Assembly (NCBI GenBank): GCA_963678145.2
Contig: CAXXWH010000002.1
Coordinates: forward strand, 1,150,063-1,214,062
Length of the DNA: 64,000 nt
Direction: 5' to 3'
Source of the DNA: Arcobacteraceae bacterium
GTDB taxonomy: Bacteria > Campylobacterota > Campylobacteria > Campylobacterales > Arcobacteraceae
Below are positions 26,966-35,682 of the stretch, in pieces. The position numbers were made by a program, and so were the translations under genes. The notes under the pieces were generated by a model. That model worked only from the letters and a program-made list of their open reading frames with translations. It made no database searches and had not been told where the DNA came from. Within the stretch, counting starts at the first letter, position 1; every line of letters starts with the position of its first letter.

Positions 26966-27916
26966 TTATTTATATGCCTTTATATCCGACCTTAGAGCAA
27001 ACTCTTTTGGATAGGGTTTTAAAAACTTCTGATCTTTAAGATAAGCTATATCGAACCTTTTGGCATAAAGATTTAGAAGCTTTACCACCGCAATAAGAGG
27101 AATAATCTGCTGCTTGTACTCTTCACAGGCATTTAGGATATCTTCCTTCTCCTCTTTGGTAATAAACTTTTTAAAATACCCGAAGATATGAAGCAGTACG
27201 TTATAGGTTTTTCCGATGCTCCCTTTTTCGTTTATCGCTTCAAGAAAACCTTTTTCATACTCTTTTAAAACTTCCTTTATCTCTTTCTTATCATGGTTTG
27301 CCACAATAGATCCAAGATGCTTGTAAGAGTTTTGGGATTTTGCATAGATAAGGTACTTGTAACTTGTGTGAAACTGCACAAGGGTTTTAAAGTCCGGACG
27401 TGATCCTAAAAACTCGTAAAGATCGTTATAGGCAAATACCTGCATAATGAAATTCTCTTTAAGCCAGGGGTCGTTCAGCCTGCCCTCCTCTTCTATTGGA
27501 AGATAGGGATAAAGCTTTTTAAGCTCTTTTGCAAATACCCCTACCCCTTTTTTCTCGCTTGGAGCGTTAACCTTCTGGTAAACTTTCACCCTTTCCAGAC
27601 CGCAGGTGGGTGATTTTGATTTAAGAACAAAACCGCACAGAGTATCGCTTTTTGCTTTTTGTGCAAACTGCGAGGATACCTGTGTCAGCTCTTGGGTAAC
27701 GTCTTTTTTTGTTTCGTTGGTCATAACCTTTATGCCCTCTTCAAACTCCACAAGCCTTATTGTTTCCCGTGGAGTGCCGAAGATCTTGGCTTCGGGACAG
27801 TATGGTATAAGTTCAAAATAGCTTGAAAGTTCATCTACTACGAACCTGTCTTTTGCACCGCTGCCGTCATATCGGCATTTGTGTCCCAGCAGACATTCTG
27901 ATACGCCTATTTTCAT
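26966..27916 (-). CDS. DUF523 (TudS-like thiouracil desulfurase family) fused to DUF1722 (YbgA-like)
   Basis: 316 aa. The N-terminus MKIGVSECLLGHKCRYDG is the DUF523 Cys motif. The C-terminal half resembles YbgA/DUF1722. Confidence 0.85.
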   Translation of the reverse strand: MKIGVSECLLGHKCRYDGSGAKDRFVVDELSSYFELIPYCPEAKIFGTPRETIRLVEFEEGIKVMTNETKKDVTQELTQVSSQFAQKAKSDTLCGFVLKSKSPTCGLERVKVYQKVNAPSEKKGVGVFAKELKKLYPYLPIEEEGRLNDPWLKENFIMQVFAYNDLYEFLGSRPDFKTLVQFHTSYKYLIYAKSQNSYKHLGSIVANHDKKEIKEVLKEYEKGFLEAINEKGSIGKTYNVLLHIFGYFKKFITKEEKEDILNACEEYKQQIIPLIAVVKLLNLYAKRFDIAYLKDQKFLKPYPKEFALRSDIKAYK

Positions 27917-27924
27917 AGAAACTC

Positions 27925-29418
27925 CTATTTATATAATATTCTAAAAAAACCGAAAAAGAAAAGAACAGCAGCTGCAATTTTCATATCGGCATCGAACAAC
28001 AGGAGAAAAACTCCTGCAAACATAAAGGCAAAAGAAGAAACTAAAGGTTTGAAATAGTGCTTGATCTCTTTTGCGATCCATCCAAGCTGTGCTTTTGAAA
28101 CCTCAACCTCCAAAGTACCCTCTGCCGCTTTTTTTATAACGGTTTTAAAATCACGGGCTATAAAAGGGATATCTTTTATCTCGTCTATTATTGTTTCTAT
28201 TATGCTCTCTTTTGCACCAAGCGCCTTTGGTATATTTCTTTGCAGTATGGGAAGGATATCTTTTACCCCGTTGAAGTTCTCTATATAAGTTGTCCCAAGC
28301 CCTTCTACTATAGCGCTTACACGAAGAATATATATAGCATCGCTTGGCAGCTTGAAAGGAAAATCCCTGGTAGTCTCAAGCACCTCGAAGGCCAGCTTCT
28401 GCATCGATTCACTGTCAAGGTTTTCATTTGAGAATATCTCGAACATCTTTGAGGTAAACAAGGCCAGTTCCCCCACAGGAGCTTCATAGCTGATGGTTCC
28501 CAGACGTTTGTTTGCACTTATATATCCCTCATAATCCTGTTCATTAGCAGCTTTTATAAGTTCGATTATAGCTACTCTTATCTCATTGGGCACTGTTTTT
28601 ACCATCCCAAAGTCAAGCAGCACAAGCTGGGAATCTTCGGTCACCAGCAGATTCCCAGGATGAGGGTCCGCATGAAAAAACCCGTTTATAAGCATCTGCG
28701 TCGTATAAAAATCAACGAGGTTCGAGATAATTTGCCTGAAATCTATTTTATGGGAAAGTATATTTTCCTTGTCATCAAACCTGAACCCCTCTTCAAAACT
28801 CATTACAAGTGCATCTTCACAGCAGTGCTGCTCGTAAGGTACAGGGAATCTGACCCCGCTGTCTTTATAGACATGAGAGAACTTCTGCAGGTTCTGAAGT
28901 TCTGTTGAAAGATTCACCTCCTGCATTATCATCTTGGAAAATTCACTTATTACCGCATCTATAGAGTTTTTGGTATAAAAAGAAAATAACGGCTTGAACA
29001 GATTGTTAAAGAAGTTCAATATCCTAATATCGGCGCTTACCTGGGATTTAATGCCGTTTCTTCTTAATTTTACTGCAACTTTCACTCCATCGGCCAGGTA
29101 TGCTTCATGCACCTGTCCTATTGAAGCGGAAGCTATGGGCTCTTTTTCAAAATGGTTGAACGGTCCACCCTTTTTAAAGGCTCTTTTAAATACTTTTTTA
29201 AACTCTTTTTCTCCCATGGCAGGTATCTGGTCGTGAAGCTTCTTTAATTCTTCCAGATATTCTTGGGAGAAGAAGTCGGCCCTTGTTGCCAAAACCTGTG
29301 CAAGCTTTATGAAGCTTGCACCCAGAGTTGTAACGGTGTGTTTTAATCTCTGGGGAGACAAAGGCTTGAAAAAAAGGAAGTTTTTCTTCTTTTTTATAAC
29401 CAGAAACAACGTAAGCAA
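27925..29418 (-). CDS. ABC1/UbiB-family atypical protein kinase
   Basis: 497 aa with motifs LGASFIKLAQVLATRADFF, ASIGQVHEA and FHADPHPGNLLV, plus a C-terminal TM segment. Confidence 0.85.
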   Translation of the reverse strand: MLTLFLVIKKKKNFLFFKPLSPQRLKHTVTTLGASFIKLAQVLATRADFFSQEYLEELKKLHDQIPAMGEKEFKKVFKRAFKKGGPFNHFEKEPIASASIGQVHEAYLADGVKVAVKLRRNGIKSQVSADIRILNFFNNLFKPLFSFYTKNSIDAVISEFSKMIMQEVNLSTELQNLQKFSHVYKDSGVRFPVPYEQHCCEDALVMSFEEGFRFDDKENILSHKIDFRQIISNLVDFYTTQMLINGFFHADPHPGNLLVTEDSQLVLLDFGMVKTVPNEIRVAIIELIKAANEQDYEGYISANKRLGTISYEAPVGELALFTSKMFEIFSNENLDSESMQKLAFEVLETTRDFPFKLPSDAIYILRVSAIVEGLGTTYIENFNGVKDILPILQRNIPKALGAKESIIETIIDEIKDIPFIARDFKTVIKKAAEGTLEVEVSKAQLGWIAKEIKHYFKPLVSSFAFMFAGVFLLLFDADMKIAAAVLFFFGFFRILYK

Positions 29419-29480
29419 AAAGGTAAAGACCCCGTATATCCTAAAGGGGGAATAAAATTTGAGCTTTTGAAAAAAAGTAT

Positions 29481-29756
29481 CTATTTCAGATCCTCTTTTA
29501 GCTCTTTTTTAAGCTTCTTGAGATCATCTTTGGTTGCAAGTCCCAGTTCATCTATAACCTCTTTCAAAGTTGATTTGAACTGCTCTTTTATCCTGTCGTC
29601 TTCCTCTTTTCCTTTTTTCTCTATAGATTCAAGAAAACTTTTTGCATCATCTGTTTTTATCTTCCCGTTCTTTTCCAGCTTTTTTACTTCACTTTCAACT
29701 TTCTCTTTAAAAACTACAGCGGCCCCAAGCCCCGTGTAAAGTATCTCTTTTAACAT
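29481..29756 (-). CDS. Phasin-like (COG3937-type) small helical protein
   Basis: 91 aa with N-terminus LKEILYTGLGAAVVFKEKVE and a charged helical remainder. Commonly paired with UbiB-like kinases. Confidence 0.6.
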   Translation of the reverse strand: MLKEILYTGLGAAVVFKEKVESEVKKLEKNGKIKTDDAKSFLESIEKKGKEEDDRIKEQFKSTLKEVIDELGLATKDDLKKLKKELKEDLK

Positions 29757-29895
29757 AGCGAATCCTTTTTGTTTTAGTATATTGTATTAAAACTGCTTTT
29801 TGTATAGCTTTTATGTTATTCTATCACTTATTTTAAAATTTTTCTATAAGAATGGAGTTTTTTATTGTTTGTTGAATTTTTGTTTGGAAAGAACA

Positions 29896-29914
29896 CCCGG
29901 GGTTGAACCCCGAG
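29896..29914 (-). terminator. Putative terminator after slyD
   Basis: GC-rich hairpin CCCGGGG / CCCCGAG (one mismatch) with a 5-nt loop, 16 nt past the slyD stop. Followed on the minus strand by TGTTCTTTCC. Confidence 0.4.
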
Positions 29915-29929
29915 CGTTAAATGTTTTTA

Positions 29930-30349
29930 TTATTGAATAGTATTGATAGTGATAGAGAATTCCAGGTCTTTACCTGCCAAAGGATGATTGAAATCTATTA
30001 GAACATCTTCATCTCTGATCTCTTTTACAACTACCTGTATAGGCTGACCGTCCTGCCCCTGTCCCTGAAGCGGCATACCGATTTCAAGATCAAGACCTTC
30101 AAATTGTGTTTTTGGAAGAGCCTGCATCGCCTCTTCGTTATATTCACCGTAACCTTCTGCTGCAGGTACAGTGATCTGTGCACTTTCCCCTTCGTTCATC
30201 TCTTTAATTCTTGATTCCAGTCCAGGAATGATCTGACCGATACCGTAAGTGAATTCTAGTGGTTCCGCATTAATATTGCTATCAACAACCTCACCGTTTA
30301 TTTTTAATTCGTACATCATCGCTACTGTTTGATTGTCATTTATAGCCAT
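29930..30349 (-). CDS. slyD: FKBP-type peptidyl-prolyl cis-trans isomerase (SlyD-like)
   Basis: FKBP core with an insert-in-flap region (EFTYGIGQIIPGLE ... VLIDFNHPLAGKDLEF). I prefer ATG 30349 (GGA RBS) to the track start at 30391. Confidence 0.85.
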   Translation of the reverse strand: MAINDNQTVAMMYELKINGEVVDSNINAEPLEFTYGIGQIIPGLESRIKEMNEGESAQITVPAAEGYGEYNEEAMQALPKTQFEGLDLEIGMPLQGQGQDGQPIQVVVKEIRDEDVLIDFNHPLAGKDLEFSITINTIQ

Positions 30350-30470
30350 ATTGGTTTCCTTTTTTTTGATATAAGTCTCCATATTATCCAAACTAGGTTA
30401 TATCAGCCTAAAAAGTGTGTATAAATTTTAAAATTTCATGGTGCAGAATCATCAAAGACCCAAAGGTGGA

Positions 30471-31361
30471 TCACTCTGCGGATTCTGACTTGTTTCTTGA
30501 TAATATGTTTTGCACCTTTTCTTCGTTTAGTATTACTTTGAACTCATCCTCGTTCTCAATTTCGGGAATATACTGTTCGTTTAGTTCTATCGCTTTTTCA
30601 AGATCATCGATCGCATTTTCTATAAAGCCCAGTACGCTGTAGACTTTGGCTCTTTGGTAGAGTCCGTCTGCATACTCACCGTCTATGCTCAATGCCTGGT
30701 TTGTAAGGTTCAAGGCCCAGTTCGCCTCACCCATGTCAAGCACGGCATCTGCTTTGTAAATAATAGCCTCCACGTCATCTGGTCGAAGTTCCAGTATCTC
30801 GTTATATATATCTATCTTACCGCTCAGGGTGGTTTCTGAAGATGCTCTCATCCATAACGAGTGCATTGTATTTGTTTTTTCAATCTCTTTTTGGTTCTGA
30901 AGAACCTGCTTGGTTCTTTTTGCCAGGTCTTTCTCTACGATATCCATTCTTCCTTCATAATCATCGATAACTTTGGCAACTTTTTCATTTACTATATTGG
31001 TGATCTTTTCATTTATATCTTTTATGGAACCCCACCCAACAAGAACAAGCAGGGAAGTTGCGGCGGCAATAATATAGAACATATTGTTTATCGTGGAAGT
31101 GGCATAGTTAACAGCATTGTTTGTAAACTCGATCTCTTTTTTCGCCAGTATCTCGTGAATCTCTACTTTAAGTTCCCGGTTCTCGTCACGCAGCTGTTTT
31201 AGTTCATTTAAAATATAGTTTTCAACAAAGGGATTGTAAAGGGGCTTTTGCAGGGAGTCAAGCTTTTCTTGGATCTTCTGTTCTTTTGTATCATTTATAT
31301 CAATCTTTGAATCGGCATATATATTCAAAACCAGAAACAGAACTAAAAATAGTTTTTTCAT
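30471..31361 (-). CDS. TPR-repeat membrane protein (signal peptide, coiled coil, TM, TPR)
   Basis: 296 aa with a signal-like N-terminus, a central TM helix (MFYIIAAATSLLVLVGWGSI) and C-terminal TPR-like repeats (ALSIDGEYADGLYQRAKVYSVLGFIENAIDDLEKAIELN). The start overlaps the upstream gene by 4 nt. Confidence 0.65.
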   Translation of the reverse strand: MKKLFLVLFLVLNIYADSKIDINDTKEQKIQEKLDSLQKPLYNPFVENYILNELKQLRDENRELKVEIHEILAKKEIEFTNNAVNYATSTINNMFYIIAAATSLLVLVGWGSIKDINEKITNIVNEKVAKVIDDYEGRMDIVEKDLAKRTKQVLQNQKEIEKTNTMHSLWMRASSETTLSGKIDIYNEILELRPDDVEAIIYKADAVLDMGEANWALNLTNQALSIDGEYADGLYQRAKVYSVLGFIENAIDDLEKAIELNEQYIPEIENEDEFKVILNEEKVQNILSRNKSESAE

Positions 31362-31825
31362 TTAATTATCCTCATCTTTTTCATAATTTTTGTAGATGTT
31401 TTCGTATCAAATTTTTTTAAGATCTTCATAACCCTTTTGGTTTTTAATCTTATCAAGATATCGAAAACTTCATCAAGCTGCCCCTGTTTTATCATGCGCT
31501 CAAAAATATTAACAGCAACCTTTAATTTCATTTTATCATAAAGTTTTATAGTTTTGGTTACCTCTTCCCTGTTTATGCGGTCAAGTTTGTTTTGGCTTTG
31601 CTGTTTTATCTTTTCGTACTTTTTAAGTTCCTTTTGAAGTTTTGCATACTCTTTTTCAAGCTTCTGCTTTTTTTTTAGGTACTCAAGCTCTTTTGTTTCA
31701 TAAAATTCGTTCAGTTCATCTTTTACCTTTATAAGTTCCATCTTCTCTTTATAAAGATTTCCCTCTGGCATAACTATCGCAAAGGTGTATGAGAAAAGCA
31801 GCAAAAAAACTATCCCTTTTTTCAT
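31358..31825 (-). CDS. MotE-like / MgtE-N-like periplasmic protein
   Basis: 155 aa with a signal peptide, a Lys/Glu coiled coil, and a C-terminal segment (LYDKMKLKVAVNIFERM...ILKKFD) resembling MgtE_N/MotE-family proteins. Assignment is tentative. Confidence 0.5.
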   Translation of the reverse strand: MKKGIVFLLLFSYTFAIVMPEGNLYKEKMELIKVKDELNEFYETKELEYLKKKQKLEKEYAKLQKELKKYEKIKQQSQNKLDRINREEVTKTIKLYDKMKLKVAVNIFERMIKQGQLDEVFDILIRLKTKRVMKILKKFDTKTSTKIMKKMRIIK

Positions 31826-31832
31826 TGTGCCG

Positions 31833-33200
31833 CTACTCTTCTTTTTTTAACAGGCTTTCGTACAGTGTTTTAAGTGCCGCATCTGCAAGATTGGATGAGA
31901 TCCCAAGATGGAACGATATCTTTGAAGGGCTCATATCGAACATTTCAAATGACAGATTATTCTGCTTCAAAGCATTGATCGCATCTACTATTGCAAAAGT
32001 GTTCTCTTTTAACCCGATACCAACTATAGTTATAATAGAAAGGTTGTAAGTGATAAAAAGATTATCTGTTTTAAGCCTTTTTTCTATCTGTCTTCTTAGG
32101 TTGTTTATATCCCCTTTAAGATCTTCCTGCTCGACCAAAATAGCTATATCGTCTTTATCTGTAGGGTAATGATAAGTATTGATATTGAACTCGCCGAATA
32201 TCTTAAGAAGCTCTGCCGTAAACCCTATCTCGTCTGCAAGCATATCTTTCTGGATATGAATTGAAGCCATATTATCAAGCTTTGCGATCCCCACAAGATC
32301 TTCCATCGGCACCCTTTCATTAAGTATCATAGTACCTTCATGTTCGGGGTTGTTGGTGTTTCTTATATTAATGGGTATCTTGCTTTTTTTACAGTTTAAC
32401 ATAGCATTGAAATGAAATACGTTAAACCCTTTTGAGCTTAGAAGTCTTAACTCTTTGAATGTAAGCCTTGGAATAACATTGGCATCGCTTATGATCCTTG
32501 GATCGACTTCATATACACCGTTGGTATCTGTCCAGTTCTCGTAAAGGTCTGCATCAAGCGCGTATGCAAGTTCCCCTCCTGTAAGGTCTGAACCTCCCCT
32601 GCTCATAACGGCTATCTCATTATTCTGCGTCACTCCGTAAAACCCCGGGATCAGATAGATATCCGCATCTTTGAAATCAAATGTTTTTTCTACGTTATCA
32701 TAGGTTTTCGGCAGTACCTTGCCGTCCCTGAACTCTTCACTTAGAATAAACCCGAAATCCTCTGGAAGCATAAGTTTAACGTTAAGGTTTGATTTTTTCA
32801 TAAACTTTTCGATAACTTTTGCATTATAGTGTTCACCTCTTGAAAGGCAGTAAGCCTCAAGCTTTTCATCTTTCAGCTTCGTATTTTTAAGATCGTTCTT
32901 CAAGGACTCTATAATCTCTTTTTTCTGAACACCCAGATCATCGCAAAGTTTTTCAAACTTTTTAACAATAGCTTCAAAACTCTGTTTTGCACTTACGTCT
33001 ATAAACTGCTCCCCGAGATGTTTACCCTCTGTAGCAAAATTAAGTAAATGGTCTGTGATCTTCTGGTCGAAATCTTCGTCTCTACCAGGAGCCGATACGA
33101 CCACCACTTTTCTCTCTTTATCGCTTTTTACTATATCGATAACTTTTCTTATCTGGGAAGCATCCTTTACCGAACTTCCCCCAAATTTACATACTTTCAT
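31833..33200 (-). CDS. ask: Aspartate kinase (ect-cluster-associated, Ask_Ect-like)
   Basis: N-terminal KFGGSSV motif, amino-acid kinase fold and C-terminal ACT region. I prefer ATG 33200 (GAGGAAG RBS, MKVCKFGGSS) to the TTG at 33215 in the track. Confidence 0.9.
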   Translation of the reverse strand: MKVCKFGGSSVKDASQIRKVIDIVKSDKERKVVVVSAPGRDEDFDQKITDHLLNFATEGKHLGEQFIDVSAKQSFEAIVKKFEKLCDDLGVQKKEIIESLKNDLKNTKLKDEKLEAYCLSRGEHYNAKVIEKFMKKSNLNVKLMLPEDFGFILSEEFRDGKVLPKTYDNVEKTFDFKDADIYLIPGFYGVTQNNEIAVMSRGGSDLTGGELAYALDADLYENWTDTNGVYEVDPRIISDANVIPRLTFKELRLLSSKGFNVFHFNAMLNCKKSKIPINIRNTNNPEHEGTMILNERVPMEDLVGIAKLDNMASIHIQKDMLADEIGFTAELLKIFGEFNINTYHYPTDKDDIAILVEQEDLKGDINNLRRQIEKRLKTDNLFITYNLSIITIVGIGLKENTFAIVDAINALKQNNLSFEMFDMSPSKISFHLGISSNLADAALKTLYESLLKKEE

Positions 33201-33423
33201 TTTCTTCCTCTTCAAAAAGCCGGTTCAACTCTTTTAAAGTATCCTCAAGCTTTCTTGATACTTTTGTCATCTCCTGTGAAACGACACTAAATCTTCTGTT
33301 AGCTTCCCCTGTCGCTTTGGAAGCTTCAATATGGGCATTCAATGAGATAAAGCTTATCTCCTGGGAAATATCTCCCAACTGGTTTTGCACACTTTTTATT
33401 TTGCCGTTTGCCATATTATTCAC
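33187..33423 (-). CDS. 78-aa protein homologous only to the hairpin-tip segment of methyl-accepting chemotaxis proteins
   Basis: ISFISLNAHIEASKATGEANRRFSVVSQEMTKVSRKL aligns with the two MCPs in this window ([40 protein letters not shown]). The start overlaps the ectD stop by 8 nt and the end overlaps the ask start. Confidence 0.6.
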   Translation of the reverse strand: MNNMANGKIKSVQNQLGDISQEISFISLNAHIEASKATGEANRRFSVVSQEMTKVSRKLEDTLKELNRLFEEEENESM

Positions 33424-34303
33424 TTTCCATCGGCGTAAAATCCCGTAAAGATAGAAAATCAGCCCTTTTTTTTACCGCCCCGAAAGGCTTTAGAGGTTTG
33501 TTATGTACAGAGTTATAGACAAAAAAAGCGTTTGTTCTTGGAAATGGAGAGATATTGTCAGGGCTTCCGTGAAGTATATTGCCGTCGTGAATAACCAAAG
33601 TTCCGGCTTTTCCGTATGCTCCTTTGATCTCATAATCTTCCATAAACTCATCGATCACTTTTTTACTTGGGACACCGTATTCCTGATTTTTTAAAGATTT
33701 TTTATAATTATCTTCAGGAGTTTCGCCCCTGCAGGATACGTATTTTTTATGACTTCCTGGAATAAGGTACAAAGGGCCGTTGAATTCATTGTTATCAGTC
33801 AGCATTATCCATGCCGTCAAACATCTGCATCTTGGCAGCCCGTCCTCCGTATGCCAGGTCTCAAAATCACTGTGCCAGGGAAATGATCTGCCTTTGTAAG
33901 CGGGTTTTATATTTATTCTGCTGTGGTGCATATAAACATCCCCTCCCAGTATCTGCCGTACTTTATCCAATATCCGGGGATCTTTTGAAACTCTGTCAAA
34001 AAGCGTGCTGAAAAGGTGCTGGTTAAAAATCGTCCTCAGCTCGTTTGATTCCGGCTCCTGGATAAACTCCTCGTTTTGGATAAGAGCATCGTTGGATGCC
34101 ATGATCTGCACCTCTTGAAGCATCTCCTTCACCTCATCGCTTTTAAAAAGGTTCGGGAATAAAATAAAACCGTTCTCATCATAGTATTGTTTGGATATGT
34201 TATCTAAGCTGTCTTTACCGACCGATTTTTCGCTGAAAACCGTTCTGTCGCACCTTTGTATAATTTTTTCTTCCATCCCTCTAGACGGGTACAGGTCTTC
34301 CAT
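33416..34303 (-). CDS. ectD: Ectoine hydroxylase
   Basis: 295 aa containing the EctD signature FPWHSDFETWHTEDGLP and an N-terminal DLYPSR. Confidence 0.9.
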   Translation of the reverse strand: MEDLYPSRGMEEKIIQRCDRTVFSEKSVGKDSLDNISKQYYDENGFILFPNLFKSDEVKEMLQEVQIMASNDALIQNEEFIQEPESNELRTIFNQHLFSTLFDRVSKDPRILDKVRQILGGDVYMHHSRINIKPAYKGRSFPWHSDFETWHTEDGLPRCRCLTAWIMLTDNNEFNGPLYLIPGSHKKYVSCRGETPEDNYKKSLKNQEYGVPSKKVIDEFMEDYEIKGAYGKAGTLVIHDGNILHGSPDNISPFPRTNAFFVYNSVHNKPLKPFGAVKKRADFLSLRDFTPMESE

Positions 34304-34323
34304 ATATTCACTCCTTTTTAAAA

Positions 34324-34977
34324 TTATTGATTCTTTAGTCTATAACCCCTGTTTCTTACTGTCTCTATAAAATCTTTACTGAATCTGTCTCGTAGTTTTG
34401 ATCTGATCTGATTCATATTCACTTCGATAATATTGTCGCTTACCATCTCTGGATCTTCCCACAAGGCATAGATCAGTTCCTCTTTGGATATGGGAGGCCT
34501 GTTCTTGTTCTTGATAAGGTATGACAATATTTCGTAAGCTTTGCCTCTTATTTTTATCTGCTGATTATTATTGTCAATGATCTCCCTTTCTTTATGGTTC
34601 ACACCGAAATAATCGTTATAATAAAGCACCTCTTTAAAGTTATCCCTATGTATCGATTCTATCTTTGCCATAAAAAGATCCGTATCAAACGGCTTTTTTA
34701 TTACGCTTATAGCACCGTTTTTCAGTAACTTCAGTTCAAACTCTTTGGAGCTGTTATTTGTTACTATCACAAATGCAGTAATGGTGTTGAACGTTGTCTT
34801 AAGAAGAGAAAGACACTCTTTTAAAGAGTCGCTTTTTATCAAAACAAGATTATAAAACCTTACGCTTAAATGATATAAAGCATCGTCAAATTCCGTTACT
34901 TCATCTATAATATACTGGGAAACATCGTTAAATTGATCTAAGATATCATTTTCTATTCCGACTGATAATAATCTCAT
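34324..34977 (-). CDS. Atypical OmpR-family response regulator (degenerate receiver + winged-helix)
   Basis: 217 aa with a C-terminal trans_reg_C-like wHTH (LIYALWEDPEMVSDNIIEVNMNQIRSKL...VRNRGYRL). The receiver retains the conserved Lys (VIKKPF). The canonical acceptor position after beta-3 reads NLVLIKSD, not hhhhD, and the N-terminal acidic pair is degenerate. Confidence 0.75.
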   Translation of the reverse strand: MRLLSVGIENDILDQFNDVSQYIIDEVTEFDDALYHLSVRFYNLVLIKSDSLKECLSLLKTTFNTITAFVIVTNNSSKEFELKLLKNGAISVIKKPFDTDLFMAKIESIHRDNFKEVLYYNDYFGVNHKEREIIDNNNQQIKIRGKAYEILSYLIKNKNRPPISKEELIYALWEDPEMVSDNIIEVNMNQIRSKLRDRFSKDFIETVRNRGYRLKNQ

Positions 34978-34980
34978 GCT

Positions 34981-35283
34981 TTAAAGTTTTATCCTTTTTT
35001 GTTCGTTATCCTCAAAAGTAAGCAGAATATCATTTTGGCTTTGCAATATCTCTTTAACCAGACAAACCTCCATATCACCTTTGTCAATGAAAAACTTTTT
35101 TATGGTTTCCATTGCAAAACTTTTATCGGATTGCTCGTCAAGCTGTAATAATAAAGAATTATCGCTAAGAAGGATTTTCTGGTTTGTTACGTTGAAGTTT
35201 TTAAAACCTTTGATAAGGATGAAAAACTCGAGTTTCTCATCCCTTGAAATATCTAAATAATTCTTTATGTAGATAAAAGGCAT
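34981..35283 (-). CDS. Hypothetical protein (100 aa) embedded in the ect operon
   Basis: ORF packed 2 nt after the ectC stop and 3 nt before the regulator start. No recognisable motif. Confidence 0.5.
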   Translation of the reverse strand: MPFIYIKNYLDISRDEKLEFFILIKGFKNFNVTNQKILLSDNSLLLQLDEQSDKSFAMETIKKFFIDKGDMEVCLVKEILQSQNDILLTFEDNEQKRIKL

Positions 35284-35285
35284 TA

Positions 35286-35678
35286 TTAGTCCTCTAATGG
35301 ATATACACCGTTCTCATCATGATTTTCAGTTCCTTTGATAGGAGGATTGAATACACAGATAAGTCTCATATCTTCGCTTCCCCCGTAAAGGTTATGGTCA
35401 TCATGTTCGTTTAAGGCATACATTACGCCGTCGTAAATTTCGTGTACGACTCCTGTTTTAAGATCTTCTATTTTACCGTTTCCTGCTACACAGTATACTG
35501 CTTCAAGGTGATTTTGGTAGTGGATATGGGTCTTGGTATTTGCTTTAATGATCGTCTCGTGGAAAGAAAACCCCATGTTGTCATCTTTTAAAAGCATTCT
35601 TCTGCTTGTCCACTGCCCCTCGTGTGCATGTACCTCTTTTTCACTTCCTATAATATCTTTTATATCTCTTACTATCAT
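35286..35678 (-). CDS. ectC: L-ectoine synthase
   Basis: 130 aa cupin with EctC-typical sequence (MIVRDIKDIIGSEKEV...WTSRRMLLKDDNMGFSFHETII...). Confidence 0.95.
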   Translation of the reverse strand: MIVRDIKDIIGSEKEVHAHEGQWTSRRMLLKDDNMGFSFHETIIKANTKTHIHYQNHLEAVYCVAGNGKIEDLKTGVVHEIYDGVMYALNEHDDHNLYGGSEDMRLICVFNPPIKGTENHDENGVYPLED

Positions 35679-35682
35679 TTTA

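Noticed and set aside
29467-29739. 90-aa plus-strand ORF overlapping the phasin-like gene
   Set aside because: It is a Ser/Phe-rich mirror of the Lys/Glu-rich minus-strand gene. The minus-strand product has a recognisable family pattern and operon context with the UbiB-like kinase.
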